Below are positions 43,612 to 55,800 of a stretch of 64,000 nucleotides of DNA, in pieces. The DNA is from an uncultured Prevotellaceae bacterium (GTDB lineage Bacteria; Bacteroidota; Bacteroidia; Bacteroidales; Bacteroidaceae). Within the stretch, counting starts at the first letter, position 1. Each line of letters starts with the position of its first letter. The translations under genes and the position numbers were made by a program. The stretch lies in contig ONCK01000010.1 of NCBI GenBank assembly GCA_900316315.1, positions 8,082 to 72,081 on the forward strand. Direction: 5' to 3'. Under the pieces are notes generated by a model. It was not told where the DNA came from, searched no databases, and saw only the letters and a program-made list of their open reading frames with translations.

Positions 43612-45312
43612 TTAGTCTTTCTTTTTTGCCCAAGTGTCCTTGAGATTGACTGTACGATTGTATACAGGATGCTCGGGAGCAGTGCACTTATCAGGAGTAA
43701 AATATCCTATTCGTTGAAATTGCAAGTAGCTTCCAGCTGTCTGATTAGCGGCAAATGGCTCTACGTAACAGTCGGTGAGGACTTCGAGACTATCAGGATT
43801 GAGCAACTCGCGGAAGTCTCGCTCATCGGCGGAGGGATTTTCCACGCTGAAAAGACGGTCATAAAGTCTGACTTCTGCTTTGACGGCATGGCCACGGCTG
43901 AGCCAGTGGAGAGTACCCTTTACCTTGCGATCGGCGCCAGGCAGTCCGCTACGGCTCTCAGGGTCATACTCTGCATATACTTCCTCTACTTGTCCATCGT
44001 CTCCCTTGCGGCAGCCTGTACACTTGATGATGTAGGCATTTTTGAGCCTGACCTCTTTGCCTGGAGTAAGGCGGAAGTATTTTTTAGGAGCGTCTTCCAT
44101 GAAGTCCTCGCGCTCTATCCAAAGCTCGCGGCTGAAAGTGATTTCATGGGTACCGAAATCGGGATCCTCTGGGTTGTTGATGGCTTGCATCTGCTCAGTT
44201 TGTCCTTCCGGATAATTGGTAATAGTGAGCTTGAGAGGATGTAGAACAGCGGATACTCGTGTGGCGCGCTTATTAAGATCTTCACGGGCGGCTGCTTCCA
44301 GCATGGCGTAGTCATTGAGCGCATCGTACTTGGTGTAGCCGATCATATTGATGAAGTTGCGTATGGATTCAGGGCTGTAGCCTCTGCGACGCAAGCCGCA
44401 GAGAGTCGGCATACGCGGGTCATCCCAGCCTTTGACCAGTTGCTCGTCGACGAGAGCGTGGAGCTTGCGCTTGGACATAACGGTATAGGTGAGATTGAGC
44501 CTATTAAACTCGTATTGCCTAGGCCTGTGGTCGTTCAGATCTTTCCCCTTCTTGAGCTCATCAATGAAATAATCATAGAGCGGACGATGGGGAACGAACT
44601 CAAGAGTACAAATACTATGGGTCACGCCTTCGAAGTAGTCGCTCTGTCCGTGAGCAAAGTCGTACATGGGATAGGCTTTCCATTTGTCGCCGGTACGGTG
44701 ATGGCGGCGGTTTATGATACGGTAAATGACCGGATCGCGAAAGTGCATATTGGGATTGGCCATATCAATCTTTGCCCTAAGCACCATAGAGCCCTCAGGT
44801 ACTTCGCCCTTATTCATCTTATTGAAGAGGTCAAGACTCTCCTCTATAGGCCGATCGCGATAAGGACTCGGACGGCCTGGCTCAGTAGGAGTGCCCTTTT
44901 GCTCGGCTATCTGCTCGCTGGTCTGTTCGTCAACATATGCTTTTCCTTCCTTGATCAAGCGCACGGCAAAGTCCCATAGCTTTTGGAAATAGTCAGAGGC
45001 ATAGTATACGTGACCCCACTTGAACCCGAGCCATTTAATGTCTTCGAGAATTGAGTCTACATATTCCTGATCTTCCTTCTGAGGGTTAGTATCATCAAAT
45101 CGGAGATTGCATACACCGCCATATTTCTCTGCAATACCAAAGTCCATGCAGATAGCCTTGGCATGACCGATATGCAGATATCCGTTGGGCTCTGGCGGAA
45201 AGCGAGTCTGGATGCGTCCGTCGTTTTTGCCCTCGCTGAGGTCACGTTCTACGATTTCTTCTACAAAGTTGAGTCCTCTCTTTTCGGACTTCTCATCTTG
45301 TATATCTGACAT
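43612..45312 (-). CDS. glnS: glutamine--tRNA ligase
   Basis: 566 aa. HIGH region PEPNGYLHIGHAKA, KMSKS-like VMSKRKL, and a GlnRS-type C-terminal anticodon-binding domain. Confidence 0.97.
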   Translation of the reverse strand: MSDIQDEKSEKRGLNFVEEIVERDLSEGKNDGRIQTRFPPEPNGYLHIGHAKAICMDFGIAEKYGGVCNLRFDDTNPQKEDQEYVDSILEDIKWLGFKWGHVYYASDYFQKLWDFAVRLIKEGKAYVDEQTSEQIAEQKGTPTEPGRPSPYRDRPIEESLDLFNKMNKGEVPEGSMVLRAKIDMANPNMHFRDPVIYRIINRRHHRTGDKWKAYPMYDFAHGQSDYFEGVTHSICTLEFVPHRPLYDYFIDELKKGKDLNDHRPRQYEFNRLNLTYTVMSKRKLHALVDEQLVKGWDDPRMPTLCGLRRRGYSPESIRNFINMIGYTKYDALNDYAMLEAAAREDLNKRATRVSAVLHPLKLTITNYPEGQTEQMQAINNPEDPDFGTHEITFSRELWIEREDFMEDAPKKYFRLTPGKEVRLKNAYIIKCTGCRKGDDGQVEEVYAEYDPESRSGLPGADRKVKGTLHWLSRGHAVKAEVRLYDRLFSVENPSADERDFRELLNPDSLEVLTDCYVEPFAANQTAGSYLQFQRIGYFTPDKCTAPEHPVYNRTVNLKDTWAKKKD

Positions 45313-45341
45313 AAGGCTTTCCGTATTTTTATTTATGGTTG

Positions 45342-45349
45342 CAAAATTA
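45342..45349 (-). promoter_or_regulatory. putative -7 promoter box TAATTTTG for glnS
   Basis: Reverse complement of caaaatta followed by CA, 30 nt upstream of ATG 45312. Confidence 0.5.
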
Positions 45350-45392
45350 CATTTTTCTACTCACAATATCGCTTCTCAAGGGCAAAAGTTGA

Positions 45393-47018
45393 TTATGGCG
45401 TGACGAGCCAAGCTTCAGTATGCAGCTCATTCTTGTATCCGCTTTGTCCCGGGAGTTTCCAATTTTCATCGTATGCGCCCAGATACTGTATATGGTACAT
45501 GTCAAACTCGTGCATAGGCTTCAGACCTTGTGAAGTAATGAATATAAAAGGCAGATGTGTCTTAATCTCCGTAGTGTCACTTGGGTTTATGGGTCGGATA
45601 ACTTGTCCAGCTGCATAGATGACCTCAGGGCGAAGAGATTCTGTATTAGGAGCGTAATAAGCCAGATTGAAAGCCTTGGGATTGTTACGCAGTTCATAGA
45701 GAGATTCCTTATTTTGTTGAGCCAGTGCAGGGATGACAAGCCGAATGCCAAAAAGACTTGCCCCTATCATGATCAGCACGCATATGGCAGGCATAAGCCA
45801 GTCTGGGCGCCTCAAACGCAGACAGTAGAAAAGTCCGACGGCCATGGGAACCATCCAATAGAGCAATTCTTGTGCATGAGTTCTGGAGAAGTCCATGCGG
45901 AGCGGATTGAAGGAAATCATGAAGGCAATGCCTATGCAGAGGAGCATCAACAGGATGGAGATGCCTTTGTAAACGTAGTATTCGACCTTGGACAATTTTA
46001 GGCGTGAGAGGAGAGCGTAGATGTAGCAGCCTGTAAGCATGGCGCTTGGCATCATTATGGGTAACAAGTAGCGGGCTTTTTTCTCTGGAAAAAGGCTCAG
46101 ACAAATGAGCGTTTCCAAGGTCCAGACTATAGCAAGGCGGAGTGGAGGAAAGCATCGCAATTTGGGGTAATACAAGGCAAAGCCTAAAGCGGCCAATACT
46201 AGCGGACACCAGATGCCTGTTTCCTTGAAAAAAGACCAGTAGTAATACCAAGGCCTTACGCTGTGACTTACCCAAGCCGTTGTCTCCTTATGGAGTACAT
46301 AGTGGGCTTGATCTTGAGCAAAGACTAAAATGTATAGATACCACCATGTACTTACGATGACACAGGTCAGTATCATCAAGGTCAAAGCACCCCATTTTCC
46401 CTTCATGCTCGGCCGGTAGACGATGTGGTAGCCAATGAGGAAGGGTAGGAACAAAGTGTAGAGCGAGATGGGGCCTTTGGACATAAAGGAGAGTCCCATA
46501 GCCAGTCCTGCCAATGTCATCCATCCCCAGGAAGGGCCAGACCGGAGTGTCGCTTTGATATAGGCCCATATGCCTATAGCACATAAGGCATGGCACCAAA
46601 TATCCCACGTGGCATTGCGCGCCAGAAACATGATGCTATAACTGCTCGCCATAATTAGGCCACACCAGAGCGCGTTTATTCTGGAGAGGGAGAGGAGGCG
46701 TACAATTTCAAAGGAAAAGAGTACCCACAGGCATGCCAATAAGGACGTCAAGAGGCGCTGTGCTCCTATATCATGAGGAGAGACAGACTCAACTAGTGCA
46801 GCTCCCCATGTGGGCAAGGGCGGCTTTTCCAGACGCGGTTGCCCATTGAGTGTTGGCACTAACCAATTGTGTGACTCTACCATCTCGCGTGCCGTAGCCA
46901 AGTTGCGGCATTCCATAATATCGACGGGGAGCAATCGGCTGTTGGGAATGAAACAACAGGTACATACCAGCAGTATGAGAAGCAGGCAACGCGGAGTGGT
47001 TAGATAAGACTTGAGCAT
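45393..47018 (-). CDS. GT39/ArnT-like phospholipid-carrier-dependent glycosyltransferase
   Basis: 541 aa with at least 11 TM helices. N-terminal pattern ...ATAREMVESHNWLVPTLNGQPRLEKPPLPTW is typical of the PMT/ArnT family. Confidence 0.7.
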   Translation of the reverse strand: MLKSYLTTPRCLLLILLVCTCCFIPNSRLLPVDIMECRNLATAREMVESHNWLVPTLNGQPRLEKPPLPTWGAALVESVSPHDIGAQRLLTSLLACLWVLFSFEIVRLLSLSRINALWCGLIMASSYSIMFLARNATWDIWCHALCAIGIWAYIKATLRSGPSWGWMTLAGLAMGLSFMSKGPISLYTLFLPFLIGYHIVYRPSMKGKWGALTLMILTCVIVSTWWYLYILVFAQDQAHYVLHKETTAWVSHSVRPWYYYWSFFKETGIWCPLVLAALGFALYYPKLRCFPPLRLAIVWTLETLICLSLFPEKKARYLLPIMMPSAMLTGCYIYALLSRLKLSKVEYYVYKGISILLMLLCIGIAFMISFNPLRMDFSRTHAQELLYWMVPMAVGLFYCLRLRRPDWLMPAICVLIMIGASLFGIRLVIPALAQQNKESLYELRNNPKAFNLAYYAPNTESLRPEVIYAAGQVIRPINPSDTTEIKTHLPFIFITSQGLKPMHEFDMYHIQYLGAYDENWKLPGQSGYKNELHTEAWLVTP

Positions 47019-47052
47019 ATGTAGGTTGCCCTATGGAATCTTTCCTATGGTG

Positions 47053-49728
47053 CTACTTCTTAAGTTTACGGATGGCTTCCTCGAGAGTGGCAATCTTGCT
47101 GAGCGAGTCAGCTTGCTTCTTACGCTCGAGTTCAACAACTTGAGCTGGTGCATGTGCTATAAACTGCGCATTCCCAAGTTTCTTCTCTATACCAACAAGG
47201 AAGGACTTGAGGTGCTGCAGCTGGGTCTCTGCCTTTTGCAACTCTGCTTCGGTATCAATCAAATCGCCCAAAGGCACAGCAAACTCTGTGGTGCCAACGA
47301 TGAAGGCTGAGCTGCCTTCACTTTTCAGACTTACGGTCGAAACTTTGTTGACATTGGCCATCTTGCAGATGACGCTCTTATATTGCTCGACAGGGTTTTG
47401 ACCAATGGCTTCCAGTTGCAGAGATTCCTTTTGCGGTATATTGCGACTGTTGCGAATAGCACGTATTTGAGTGATGACCTCCTTCACCGTCTCCATCTGG
47501 GTAATGATCTGATTGTCTTCTGCGAGAGGGGCAGGTATGTCAATGAGGCTTACCATGATACTCTCGTTTTGTTGACGCGGAGTCAGATCTTGCCATATCT
47601 CCTCTGTAATGAATGGCATGAAGGGGTGAAGTAGCTGGAGGAGCTTCTCAAAATAGTGATATGTAGTGTCGAGAACCTCCTTGGCAATAGGCAGTCCATA
47701 GGCGGGTTTGACTATCTCGAGATACCAGCCGGAGAATTCATCATGTATGAGTCTGAAAAGTAGCATCAATGCCTCGTTGAGACGGTACTTGCCAAAGAGA
47801 TCCTTAATCTCGGCTGCACTCTGTCTAAGCAAAGCATCAAACCATCTCGTAGCATACAGGTCTGTTTCTGTCGGCTTGAGATCATCCTGTAGCTTCCAAC
47901 CCTTGACAAGACGGAAAGCATTCCAAATCTTGTTGCAGAAGTTACGTCCTTGCTCACAGAGGCTCTCGTCAAAGAGGATATCGTTGCCGGCAGGTGCGCA
48001 GAGCAGCATACCCATCCTGACTCCATCAGCGCCGTACTTGTCGATGAGCTTGAGAGGATCAGGCGAATTGCCAAGGCTCTTGGACATCTTGCGGCCTAAT
48101 TTGTCACGCACGATGCCTGTAAAATACACATCCTTAAAAGGCTCCTTGCCCATGTATTCGTATCCGGCCATAATCATGCGGGCTACCCAGAAGAAGATAA
48201 TGTCTGGACCTGTGACCAAGACAGCAGTGGGATAATAGTAGTTAATCTCGTCGTTGGAGGGATTGTTGATACCATCAAAGAGGCTGATGGGCCAAAGCCA
48301 TGAACTAAACCATGTATCGAGCGCATCTTCATCCTGCTTAAGGTCGTCAAGTTGATATGTCTTGCCGTCTGATTGGGCGTTGGCTTGGGCGAGAGCCTCT
48401 TCTTTAGTCTCTGCGACAAAGTATTTACCGTCGGGGAGATAGTAGGCCGGTATTCTGTGGCCCCACCAAAGCTGTCGACTGATGCACCAGTCCTTTATGT
48501 TCTCAAGCCAGTGGCGATAAGTGTTTTTGTATTTGGCTGGGTAAAACTTGATGATATCCTCCATAACAGGCGGTAGGGCTTCGTCAGCGAAGTGTTGCAT
48601 TTTGAGAAACCATTGGGCGGACAATTTGGGCTCTATAGGCACATTGGTACGCTCAGAGAAGCCGACGTTGTTAGTGTAAGCTTCTACCTTCTCCATCAGG
48701 CCAGCCTGCTCAAGATCTGTCTCAATCTGTTTGCGTACGTCCATGCGGTCCATTCCCACATACAGGCCTGCAGCTTCGGAGATGGTGCCATTGTCATTGA
48801 AAATGTCGATACTCTTCAAGTGGTGCTTCTGACCGAGCATATAGTCATTGACATCGTGAGCTGGTGTGACTTTAAGACAACCTGTGCCGAACTCGATGTC
48901 AACATATTCGTCCTCAATGACGGGGATGACTCTCCCTTCTAGCGGGACAATGACCTTTTTGCCGCGAAGCCATTGGTTCTTGGGATCTTTTGGATTGATG
49001 CACATGGCCGTATCGCCCATGATGGTTTCTGGACGCGTCGTGGCCACTACAGCATATTGCTTGAGGGCTGTATCTGGAGATTTGACATAACTATAGATCT
49101 CGGCATCGTCAGGAGCAATGTAGTATCTCAGATAATAGAGCTTGGAGTGTTCCTCCTTGTAGATGACTTCCTCGTCAGAGAGTGCGGTCTGAGCTTTAGG
49201 ATCCCAGTTGACCATACGTACACCTCTGTAGATAAGTCCTTTGCGGTAGAGATCACAAAATACTTTGATAACACTCTTGCTTCTGACTTCGTCCATAGTA
49301 AATGCGGTACGGTCCCAATCGCATGAGGCGCCTAATCGGCGAAGTTGTTTGAGGATGATTCCTCCGTGCTCATGTGTCCAGTCCCAAGCGTGCTTAAGAA
49401 ACTCCTCACGGGTTAGATCTGATTTTTTGATTCCCTGTTCTGCCAGTCGCGCGACGACTTTGGCTTCTGTGGCGATAGAAGCGTGATCTGTTCCTGGAAC
49501 CCAGCAAGCGTTGTAGCCGTCCATGCGGGCGCGACGTACAAGGATATCCTGAATTGTCTCGTTAAGCATGTGGCCCATGTGCAGCACACCTGTTACGTTA
49601 GGTGGGGGTATGACCACTGTGTAGGGCTTCCTGCCATCGGGCTTTGAACTAAAAAGATGATGCTTGGTCCAGTAGTCGTACCATTTATTTTCTACTTGAT
49701 GAGGGTCATATTTGCTTGCCAGTTCCAT
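47053..49728 (-). CDS. valS: valine--tRNA ligase
   Basis: 891 aa. [21 protein letters not shown], and a C-terminal coiled coil. Confidence 0.97.
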   Translation of the reverse strand: MELASKYDPHQVENKWYDYWTKHHLFSSKPDGRKPYTVVIPPPNVTGVLHMGHMLNETIQDILVRRARMDGYNACWVPGTDHASIATEAKVVARLAEQGIKKSDLTREEFLKHAWDWTHEHGGIILKQLRRLGASCDWDRTAFTMDEVRSKSVIKVFCDLYRKGLIYRGVRMVNWDPKAQTALSDEEVIYKEEHSKLYYLRYYIAPDDAEIYSYVKSPDTALKQYAVVATTRPETIMGDTAMCINPKDPKNQWLRGKKVIVPLEGRVIPVIEDEYVDIEFGTGCLKVTPAHDVNDYMLGQKHHLKSIDIFNDNGTISEAAGLYVGMDRMDVRKQIETDLEQAGLMEKVEAYTNNVGFSERTNVPIEPKLSAQWFLKMQHFADEALPPVMEDIIKFYPAKYKNTYRHWLENIKDWCISRQLWWGHRIPAYYLPDGKYFVAETKEEALAQANAQSDGKTYQLDDLKQDEDALDTWFSSWLWPISLFDGINNPSNDEINYYYPTAVLVTGPDIIFFWVARMIMAGYEYMGKEPFKDVYFTGIVRDKLGRKMSKSLGNSPDPLKLIDKYGADGVRMGMLLCAPAGNDILFDESLCEQGRNFCNKIWNAFRLVKGWKLQDDLKPTETDLYATRWFDALLRQSAAEIKDLFGKYRLNEALMLLFRLIHDEFSGWYLEIVKPAYGLPIAKEVLDTTYHYFEKLLQLLHPFMPFITEEIWQDLTPRQQNESIMVSLIDIPAPLAEDNQIITQMETVKEVITQIRAIRNSRNIPQKESLQLEAIGQNPVEQYKSVICKMANVNKVSTVSLKSEGSSAFIVGTTEFAVPLGDLIDTEAELQKAETQLQHLKSFLVGIEKKLGNAQFIAHAPAQVVELERKKQADSLSKIATLEEAIRKLKK

Positions 49729-49765
49729 AGATTTTTGTGATGTTATTTTCTTTATTATTGAGTTG

Positions 49766-49773
49766 CAAAGTTA
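49766..49773 (-). promoter_or_regulatory. putative -7 promoter box TAACTTTG for valS
   Basis: Reverse complement of caaagtta followed by CA, 38 nt upstream of ATG 49728. Preceded by CGCTTATTCG. Confidence 0.55.
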
Positions 49774-49976
49774 CGAATAAGCGAGCAGAAAAGACTAGAG
49801 GAAGAACGATTTTCTCTCTCTTTGGATATATCGAGCGCAAGTACTTTGTTTAATGTTACGAATAAGCGAGAGAAGGGCAAAGTCCTTTTGCCTTTCAAGT
49901 GTAAGTTGAAAAAGATGCGTTTTTATTCGTCCTCAGTCCATGCTTTACGCCTGTTCTTGAAGATAGTGTTCGGCGA

Positions 49977-52772
49977 TTAGCCTCTTTCGCAGAGTAGCTG
50001 ATAAGGGCAGAATGCACAACTTCCCTTGTTTGGCGTCGGATTCAGCGGTTCAGTGACCATTTCATAGAGAACATCTTTGAGTTGCTGGAGATAGGGTCCC
50101 TCTACTTGATTGACATAGTTGGTGATAGGCTGACTGTCAATCGTAAGTTGGGGATTGTAGTCTTGGGAATTGGCTCGACGAGTGAATAGCAGAACGGGCT
50201 GAATGGGGAGATGCTGAAGCCGCAGGGAGGTCAGCAGGCTTGCCTCGTTAGACTGCTTGGCGAGACGAAGCTCCTCGGCGATAACGTGGCTGTAGAGGAA
50301 GGTCTGGAAGATGTAGTGGCTACTTACTTGTTTGGGGTAAAATACTTCTGCTATCTGGGGCGCGTCAACTGCTTTAGGATTGAATGCCCCTGTCTTGTAG
50401 TCGGCAATGCGCAGGACGGGGTTGCCCTGCTCATCGCGGACGATATCGATGCGGTCAATCTGGCCGCCAACTTTAATCCAACGACCGTTGTCGAGGGTTA
50501 CGTGAGCATAGTGCGCCTTCTCCATCTCGATGATATGGAGGTCACTGAGACGGCTGTCGGCAGTGAGTTGCCAGGTGATGTATTGCTTGAGGACGTCATG
50601 GTCAACGAGCTGGGAGTCTGGATTGTATCGCTGCGCTACTGGTACCTCGTCGATGCTTTCAACATTCCCGTGCCCCAAGCGTCTATAGTCCAAGATGGAA
50701 ACATCATTAAAGGCCTGTTTGATGATTTTATCTATTCGGATATTGTCTTGAGCCAGTAGCCTCAAGTCATCGGATTTGACCGGTGTACCATATGGGTCGG
50801 GCTTTTTCCCCTTAGTGAGTTGCTCGTAGGAGAGTTTCATCGCGTCGTGGAAGATACTGCCAAAGGTATTAGCCGGAAGCAGGATGTCATTGACGATTGG
50901 CTGGCGCAGATTAGCAAATCGGGAGAAGTAGTAGCGGAGTGGACAGGTCAAGTAGTCGGAAATGGCCGAGGGGGAGATGGTGATTTCTTGGACCTGGCTG
51001 CTATGGATGCTCTCGTTGTTGCTATCAGAGATGGGACGGATAGGGAAGTGGTTGCTGAGTTGCTGCTCTTGGAGGGTGAAGTGTTGGATGGGGAGATCTG
51101 TACAGGCTTGCAGTTGCAGAAGGAAACGGGAGGGCTCTCCCTGGCGGTCCTGTGTCACAGCCCGGCTATAGACATAGGTGATGTGTCGGGTGCGCTGGAG
51201 GAGGCGGTAGAAATTGTAGGCGTAAATCTCGCTCTCGTCCTGGTAAGTTGTGAGATGAAATGCCCGGCGCAGATCAAAGGGGATAAAGGAGTGGTCGGCA
51301 CTGCGCTTGGGCACATTGCCCTCGTTGACGGAGAGCATGAGGATCTGGTCAAAGTTGAGGTCTCTTGTCTCGAGCATACCAATCACCTGGAGGCCTGAAG
51401 CTGGTTGCCCATTAAATGGAATACTTTGCTCCTTGAGTACTTGCAGGATGAGGTCACGCAGGCCTTGGTTGCTAATCTGGAGGATTTGGTCCTCGATGAG
51501 GCCATGAAAGCGGTTGAGCGTCTTGATTACCTGATAGCAGGCTTCGCCGCCGAGTATTTTGGCCCAGTCACGAGAGTCTTCTTCGGTGTCGTAGTAGCTG
51601 TGGCCGAGCTCGGTAAACTGCTGGCTGAGTTGCCTGATAGCCTGTAGCTGCTTGTTTGCGTCTTCATCTGGCAAAGCTGTGCCGAGTTTTTCTGTCAGTT
51701 GAACGAAGGTCTGCGTTTGATTTAGCGGAAAGCCTTTGGTGATATTGACTTCCTTGACGCCCTTGTCCTGATTTGGATCGTAAGAGGGTATCGCGTGGAG
51801 GAGGGGCAGCAGAAGCGTTTCGTCACAGAGTACGATGGCGGTATTTCTTTCCAGATTCTTGGTCAGATGGGCCTGGAGCCAATCAGATGCAAACTGGGCC
51901 TGGCCGCTGTCAGATTGGGCAGAGACGAAGTCAATCTCCTGGGTGCTGATATTGTCGAGGTCTTCCTCTTGGAGCGCTTGCCCAAAGGTCTCGATATTGC
52001 GGGCTAAGCGGCGGACGAAAGGGAAAGTCTCGGGCTTGTCCATAAAGAACTTGTCGGTGTCCCAATAGAATAAGGCTTTTCCCTCCCTCTTGAGGTAGGC
52101 CATCAAGTGTTGCTCTGTGGTGAGCAGGACATTAAATCCCACAAAGGCATACATCTCTAGATCCTCAGGGAGCTGTCCTTCGCCTTGCTCCAGTTGTTCG
52201 ACCACTCTGCGGGCTCTTGCTCCGGCATAGGCCTCTCCACGGTCCAGGAGTTGCTTGTTGAGCTGGTTATAAATGTCTTTGAGCTTGCCCCACAGGTCAC
52301 TGAAGTTATTTTGCAGCTCGGTCCGGCTTTTTCCCTCGAGTATCGCGGTCAGTTTGTGCTGTACTTTGTTGTCGATTTGCTCCAGTTGTTTGGCGGCCCG
52401 CAGATTGTCTAGGAGCTGGTCGGCCGGAGCCATATTTTTGTCGATGTTGTTAAAGTCCGCCATCAGTTGCTGTCCCCAGCTGTAGAAGTACTCGAGCGAA
52501 GTCTCCCGTCCGGTGACCCGGTTGTAGATCTTGTGGAGCAGGCAGATGGTGGCGATAGGGTCGTCGGCCTTCAGCGTAGAGAGCTGGTCAAAGAGTTGGG
52601 TGATAGTATAGTATTTGGGTGACCAGAGAGGCTGGTCCTGATTGAGCTGAGAGAGATAGTTGTCAAAGAAGATGCCGGCCCGCTTATTGGGAAATACGAT
52701 GGCAATGTGCTGGAGCCGGTTCTGATAGCGGTTGTATATGTCTTTTGCAACGAGCTGTAGAAATTTATCCAT
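49977..52772 (-). CDS. PD-(D/E)XK nuclease family protein, AddB-like helicase-nuclease subunit
   Basis: 931 aa. C-terminal nuclease motif RIADYKTG and Cys cluster CAFCPYQLLC. Lies immediately upstream of a UvrD-type helicase. Confidence 0.75.
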   Translation of the reverse strand: MDKFLQLVAKDIYNRYQNRLQHIAIVFPNKRAGIFFDNYLSQLNQDQPLWSPKYYTITQLFDQLSTLKADDPIATICLLHKIYNRVTGRETSLEYFYSWGQQLMADFNNIDKNMAPADQLLDNLRAAKQLEQIDNKVQHKLTAILEGKSRTELQNNFSDLWGKLKDIYNQLNKQLLDRGEAYAGARARRVVEQLEQGEGQLPEDLEMYAFVGFNVLLTTEQHLMAYLKREGKALFYWDTDKFFMDKPETFPFVRRLARNIETFGQALQEEDLDNISTQEIDFVSAQSDSGQAQFASDWLQAHLTKNLERNTAIVLCDETLLLPLLHAIPSYDPNQDKGVKEVNITKGFPLNQTQTFVQLTEKLGTALPDEDANKQLQAIRQLSQQFTELGHSYYDTEEDSRDWAKILGGEACYQVIKTLNRFHGLIEDQILQISNQGLRDLILQVLKEQSIPFNGQPASGLQVIGMLETRDLNFDQILMLSVNEGNVPKRSADHSFIPFDLRRAFHLTTYQDESEIYAYNFYRLLQRTRHITYVYSRAVTQDRQGEPSRFLLQLQACTDLPIQHFTLQEQQLSNHFPIRPISDSNNESIHSSQVQEITISPSAISDYLTCPLRYYFSRFANLRQPIVNDILLPANTFGSIFHDAMKLSYEQLTKGKKPDPYGTPVKSDDLRLLAQDNIRIDKIIKQAFNDVSILDYRRLGHGNVESIDEVPVAQRYNPDSQLVDHDVLKQYITWQLTADSRLSDLHIIEMEKAHYAHVTLDNGRWIKVGGQIDRIDIVRDEQGNPVLRIADYKTGAFNPKAVDAPQIAEVFYPKQVSSHYIFQTFLYSHVIAEELRLAKQSNEASLLTSLRLQHLPIQPVLLFTRRANSQDYNPQLTIDSQPITNYVNQVEGPYLQQLKDVLYEMVTEPLNPTPNKGSCAFCPYQLLCERG

Positions 52773-52821
52773 GAGATGACTGCTTTTCGATAAATGGCTG
52801 ATGAAATACTGCTGGTTGGCT

Positions 52822-55800
52822 TTATTTGACTCCCACGATGGGAGCGCCCTTCTCGCTGACGTACCAGAGGTAGCCCTTGACGTCTGGATAGCCCATATGG
52901 CTCAGGAGTTGCATATACTGTTTGACTTGGTCCTGATGCTGCCGGCGTCTCTTGCCGCTCTTGAAGTCGATGACGATTGTCTCCTGCCCATTCGTGATAA
53001 CGCGGTCGGGACGGACTGGGCGCACCTTGCCATTGCCTTGGTAAACGATGATATTGTTCTCCCTGATGAGTTGCCACTGGCCGTCAAACCATCGGGCAGC
53101 CTGAGGATTGTTCCAGCCCTGATGGATGATCCTGGCCATTTCTTGACGCTCTGCGAGGCTGGCAAAGGCTCCCTCTACCCAAAAGCGTTCGATGACGGCC
53201 TCGGCGTGCGCCTTGACGTCAATTTCCGCATAGAGCGCATGGAGCAATAAGCCTCGCCGCGTAGCCACCTGATCTTGGGCTTCCTCCGGACATAGATAGT
53301 CGCGGGCTTCGGTGGACTGGCGAAATAAGAATCGAGAGGTGTGACTGCGTATGTCTACGGGAATAGCGGTGATGGTGGGCTTAAGCCGGTGCCCATTGTG
53401 GCCTCTGACAGCTGTAGACGGCTGCTGTAGTTTCTCAGCGCCAGTCTGATATTGGTAAATTGTCTTGTCTTCAGTTAGTCCACCCACGTGCTGGGCGCTC
53501 AGATAGTTGTAAATCCAGATGCTGGGACTCTTGTTCTCCTTGGGCTTTTGGGGCTTTGTACCAGAGATGTAGAGACTACTCTTGGCGCGGGTCAGGGCAA
53601 CATAGAGCAAGTTAACATTGTCTACTTCGGCCAGAAATCTCTCTTCCACGTAGTCGTTGTGATAGATGGAAAGCTCCATCTTGTCTCCGGTCGTAATGGG
53701 AAGCCAGTTGCGCTCGTCGTAGGGCGCTTGATTGGGATGGCACCATATCTCATTTTCTCTGTTGCCCCAGTCGCAGAAGGGGACAAAGACGATCTCGCTC
53801 TCGAGTCCCTTGGCCTTGTGGATAGTTAGGATGCGGATGCCCTTGGTCTCTCCGCCGCTCACCGAGGTTGTGCTGAGTCTGTCGTCCCAGTAGTCGAGGA
53901 GATTGGGGATCGTAGCGTCATAGTTGTTGGCAAATGAGATGATGCAGTCCATCAGGCAGCATACATAGCCGTCATCGTGGAGAGGGCGACGGCCCTGGTC
54001 ATCATAGAGGAGAATGCTGGTCAGTCGGCTGACGGTCTCGTAGAGGGGTAAATCCAGGAGTTGCTTGTCAAGCCCTTGGGGCAAATAGTCCTCGAGGTGT
54101 TTCCCAGAGATTGTGCGGTGGATATCCTCCCAATCAGTGGGTTTGCCGAGGATATCGTTGTGATAGTGGTAGATGAGGTAGTAGAGAGCGATATCGTCAG
54201 AGGGATCGTTGAGCCAGCGCAGGGCGTTGATGATCAGTTGTACGGAGATGGACGCCTTGAGCAAAAAGGCTTCTGAGGAAGTCATCTGGAGTTGGCGATA
54301 TCTGGAAATGTCAGATTGCTGTGGCGTGGTGTCGTTGGTCCCCTGCTGCAACTGGGCGAGGTATTCGACAATCTGGGCCGCCTCATTATTGTATCTGACG
54401 AGGATCATGATGTCCTCCTGAGGAATGCCGCCGTCGACCAGCTGGAGGATTTTATCAAACGTATCCTGCATGATGTCTTTCGTCAGAGACTCTGTCTTTT
54501 TACCCACATAGAGCTTGACGCTGACAAATCCTCCCTTTTTGTCCGGGCGGTAGTAGTCGCTGTGATCGGTCGTAGTGAAGCCTTCGTCATAGATCTGCTG
54601 AAGCGCTGCGCGGGGAAAAGGCATGGCGGGGTCTTGTCGCAGATAGTCAAAGAGCGCGAGGTTAAACTCGACAATCTGCTGCCGGCTGCGCTGGTTGCGC
54701 CTCAGGGGGATCAGAGCGGCCGTCTGGTCCTGGAAGTGCCGCTGAAGCGCTCCTTCCTGGTCAATCTGCTGGAGAATTCTCCAGTCGCCGTTGCGCCAGC
54801 GATAAATGCTCTGCTTGACATCTCCCACCAGCAGTACGGCGCCGCTAGCCAGGATCTCATCGGCGATTTTGCTGAAGATTTCCCACTGTGAGGTCGAGGT
54901 GTCCTGAAACTCATCCATCATGAGTGAGTGATACCTCACGCCTGTCTGTTCGAGGATAAATTGCGCGTCATCCTCCTTTAGTTCTCGGTTGAGGGTATGG
55001 GGCGTCATGCTCAGCAGCGTCTTGTTCTGCTGATGAACGATGTCCTGGATATATCTGTCGAGTGTATAGAGCAGGCTCACGTCGTTGAGGTGCTGCAGCG
55101 TGAGAGTGACGCTGTTGGAGGTCTCCACGAGTTGTGTCCCTAGACGGTAAAGTTCGAGGGCGTCGTCATAGGCCGCTTCAGCCTGACCGGGGTCCACCTC
55201 CTTGCTCTTATGCCATTGCTTGACCCATTCATCCTGCTGGTCTGTTCCCGTATGTGCGTTGGGGGCGAGCAGGCCGGTGAGTGTCGCGTTGAATTTGGGC
55301 AAACTATTGTAGGGAGCCTTGCAATCTAGCGCCTTAAGGAGTTCTGTCAGATATTTCCACAGGTAGTTGTTGATCTTTTTGCCACGGGGGTTATCTGGTA
55401 TCTGCAGGTATTTGTCGAGGAAATTCTGGGCCTTGGGGCGAATGCCATCTGCGGCTTCCTTTGCGAGCTGAAGGAGCGCTTTGCGATATTCGCTATTTTT
55501 TTTGCCCTGGTCTTCCTTGATTTGTTCCTCATGCTTGCGGTATTCCTCGTGGAAGAGCTGACGGCCGATTTTTCTGAGGCTCTTACGGATGTCATAGCTC
55601 TTCTCGTCGCTCATCTGGTCCTGTATATAGGTCTTCAGGCGTTTGCCCGTCGGAGTCGTGAAGTCGGCATTGTCCTGTATTAGCTGGTTGACCGCCTCCT
55701 GAGTAACCTTGTCCTGGTCGAGCTCGACCTGATAGCTGGCCCTGAGTTGGAGCTTGCGGGCGAGTCCGGCCAGTAGCACTTGCAGGTAGGAGTCAATCGT

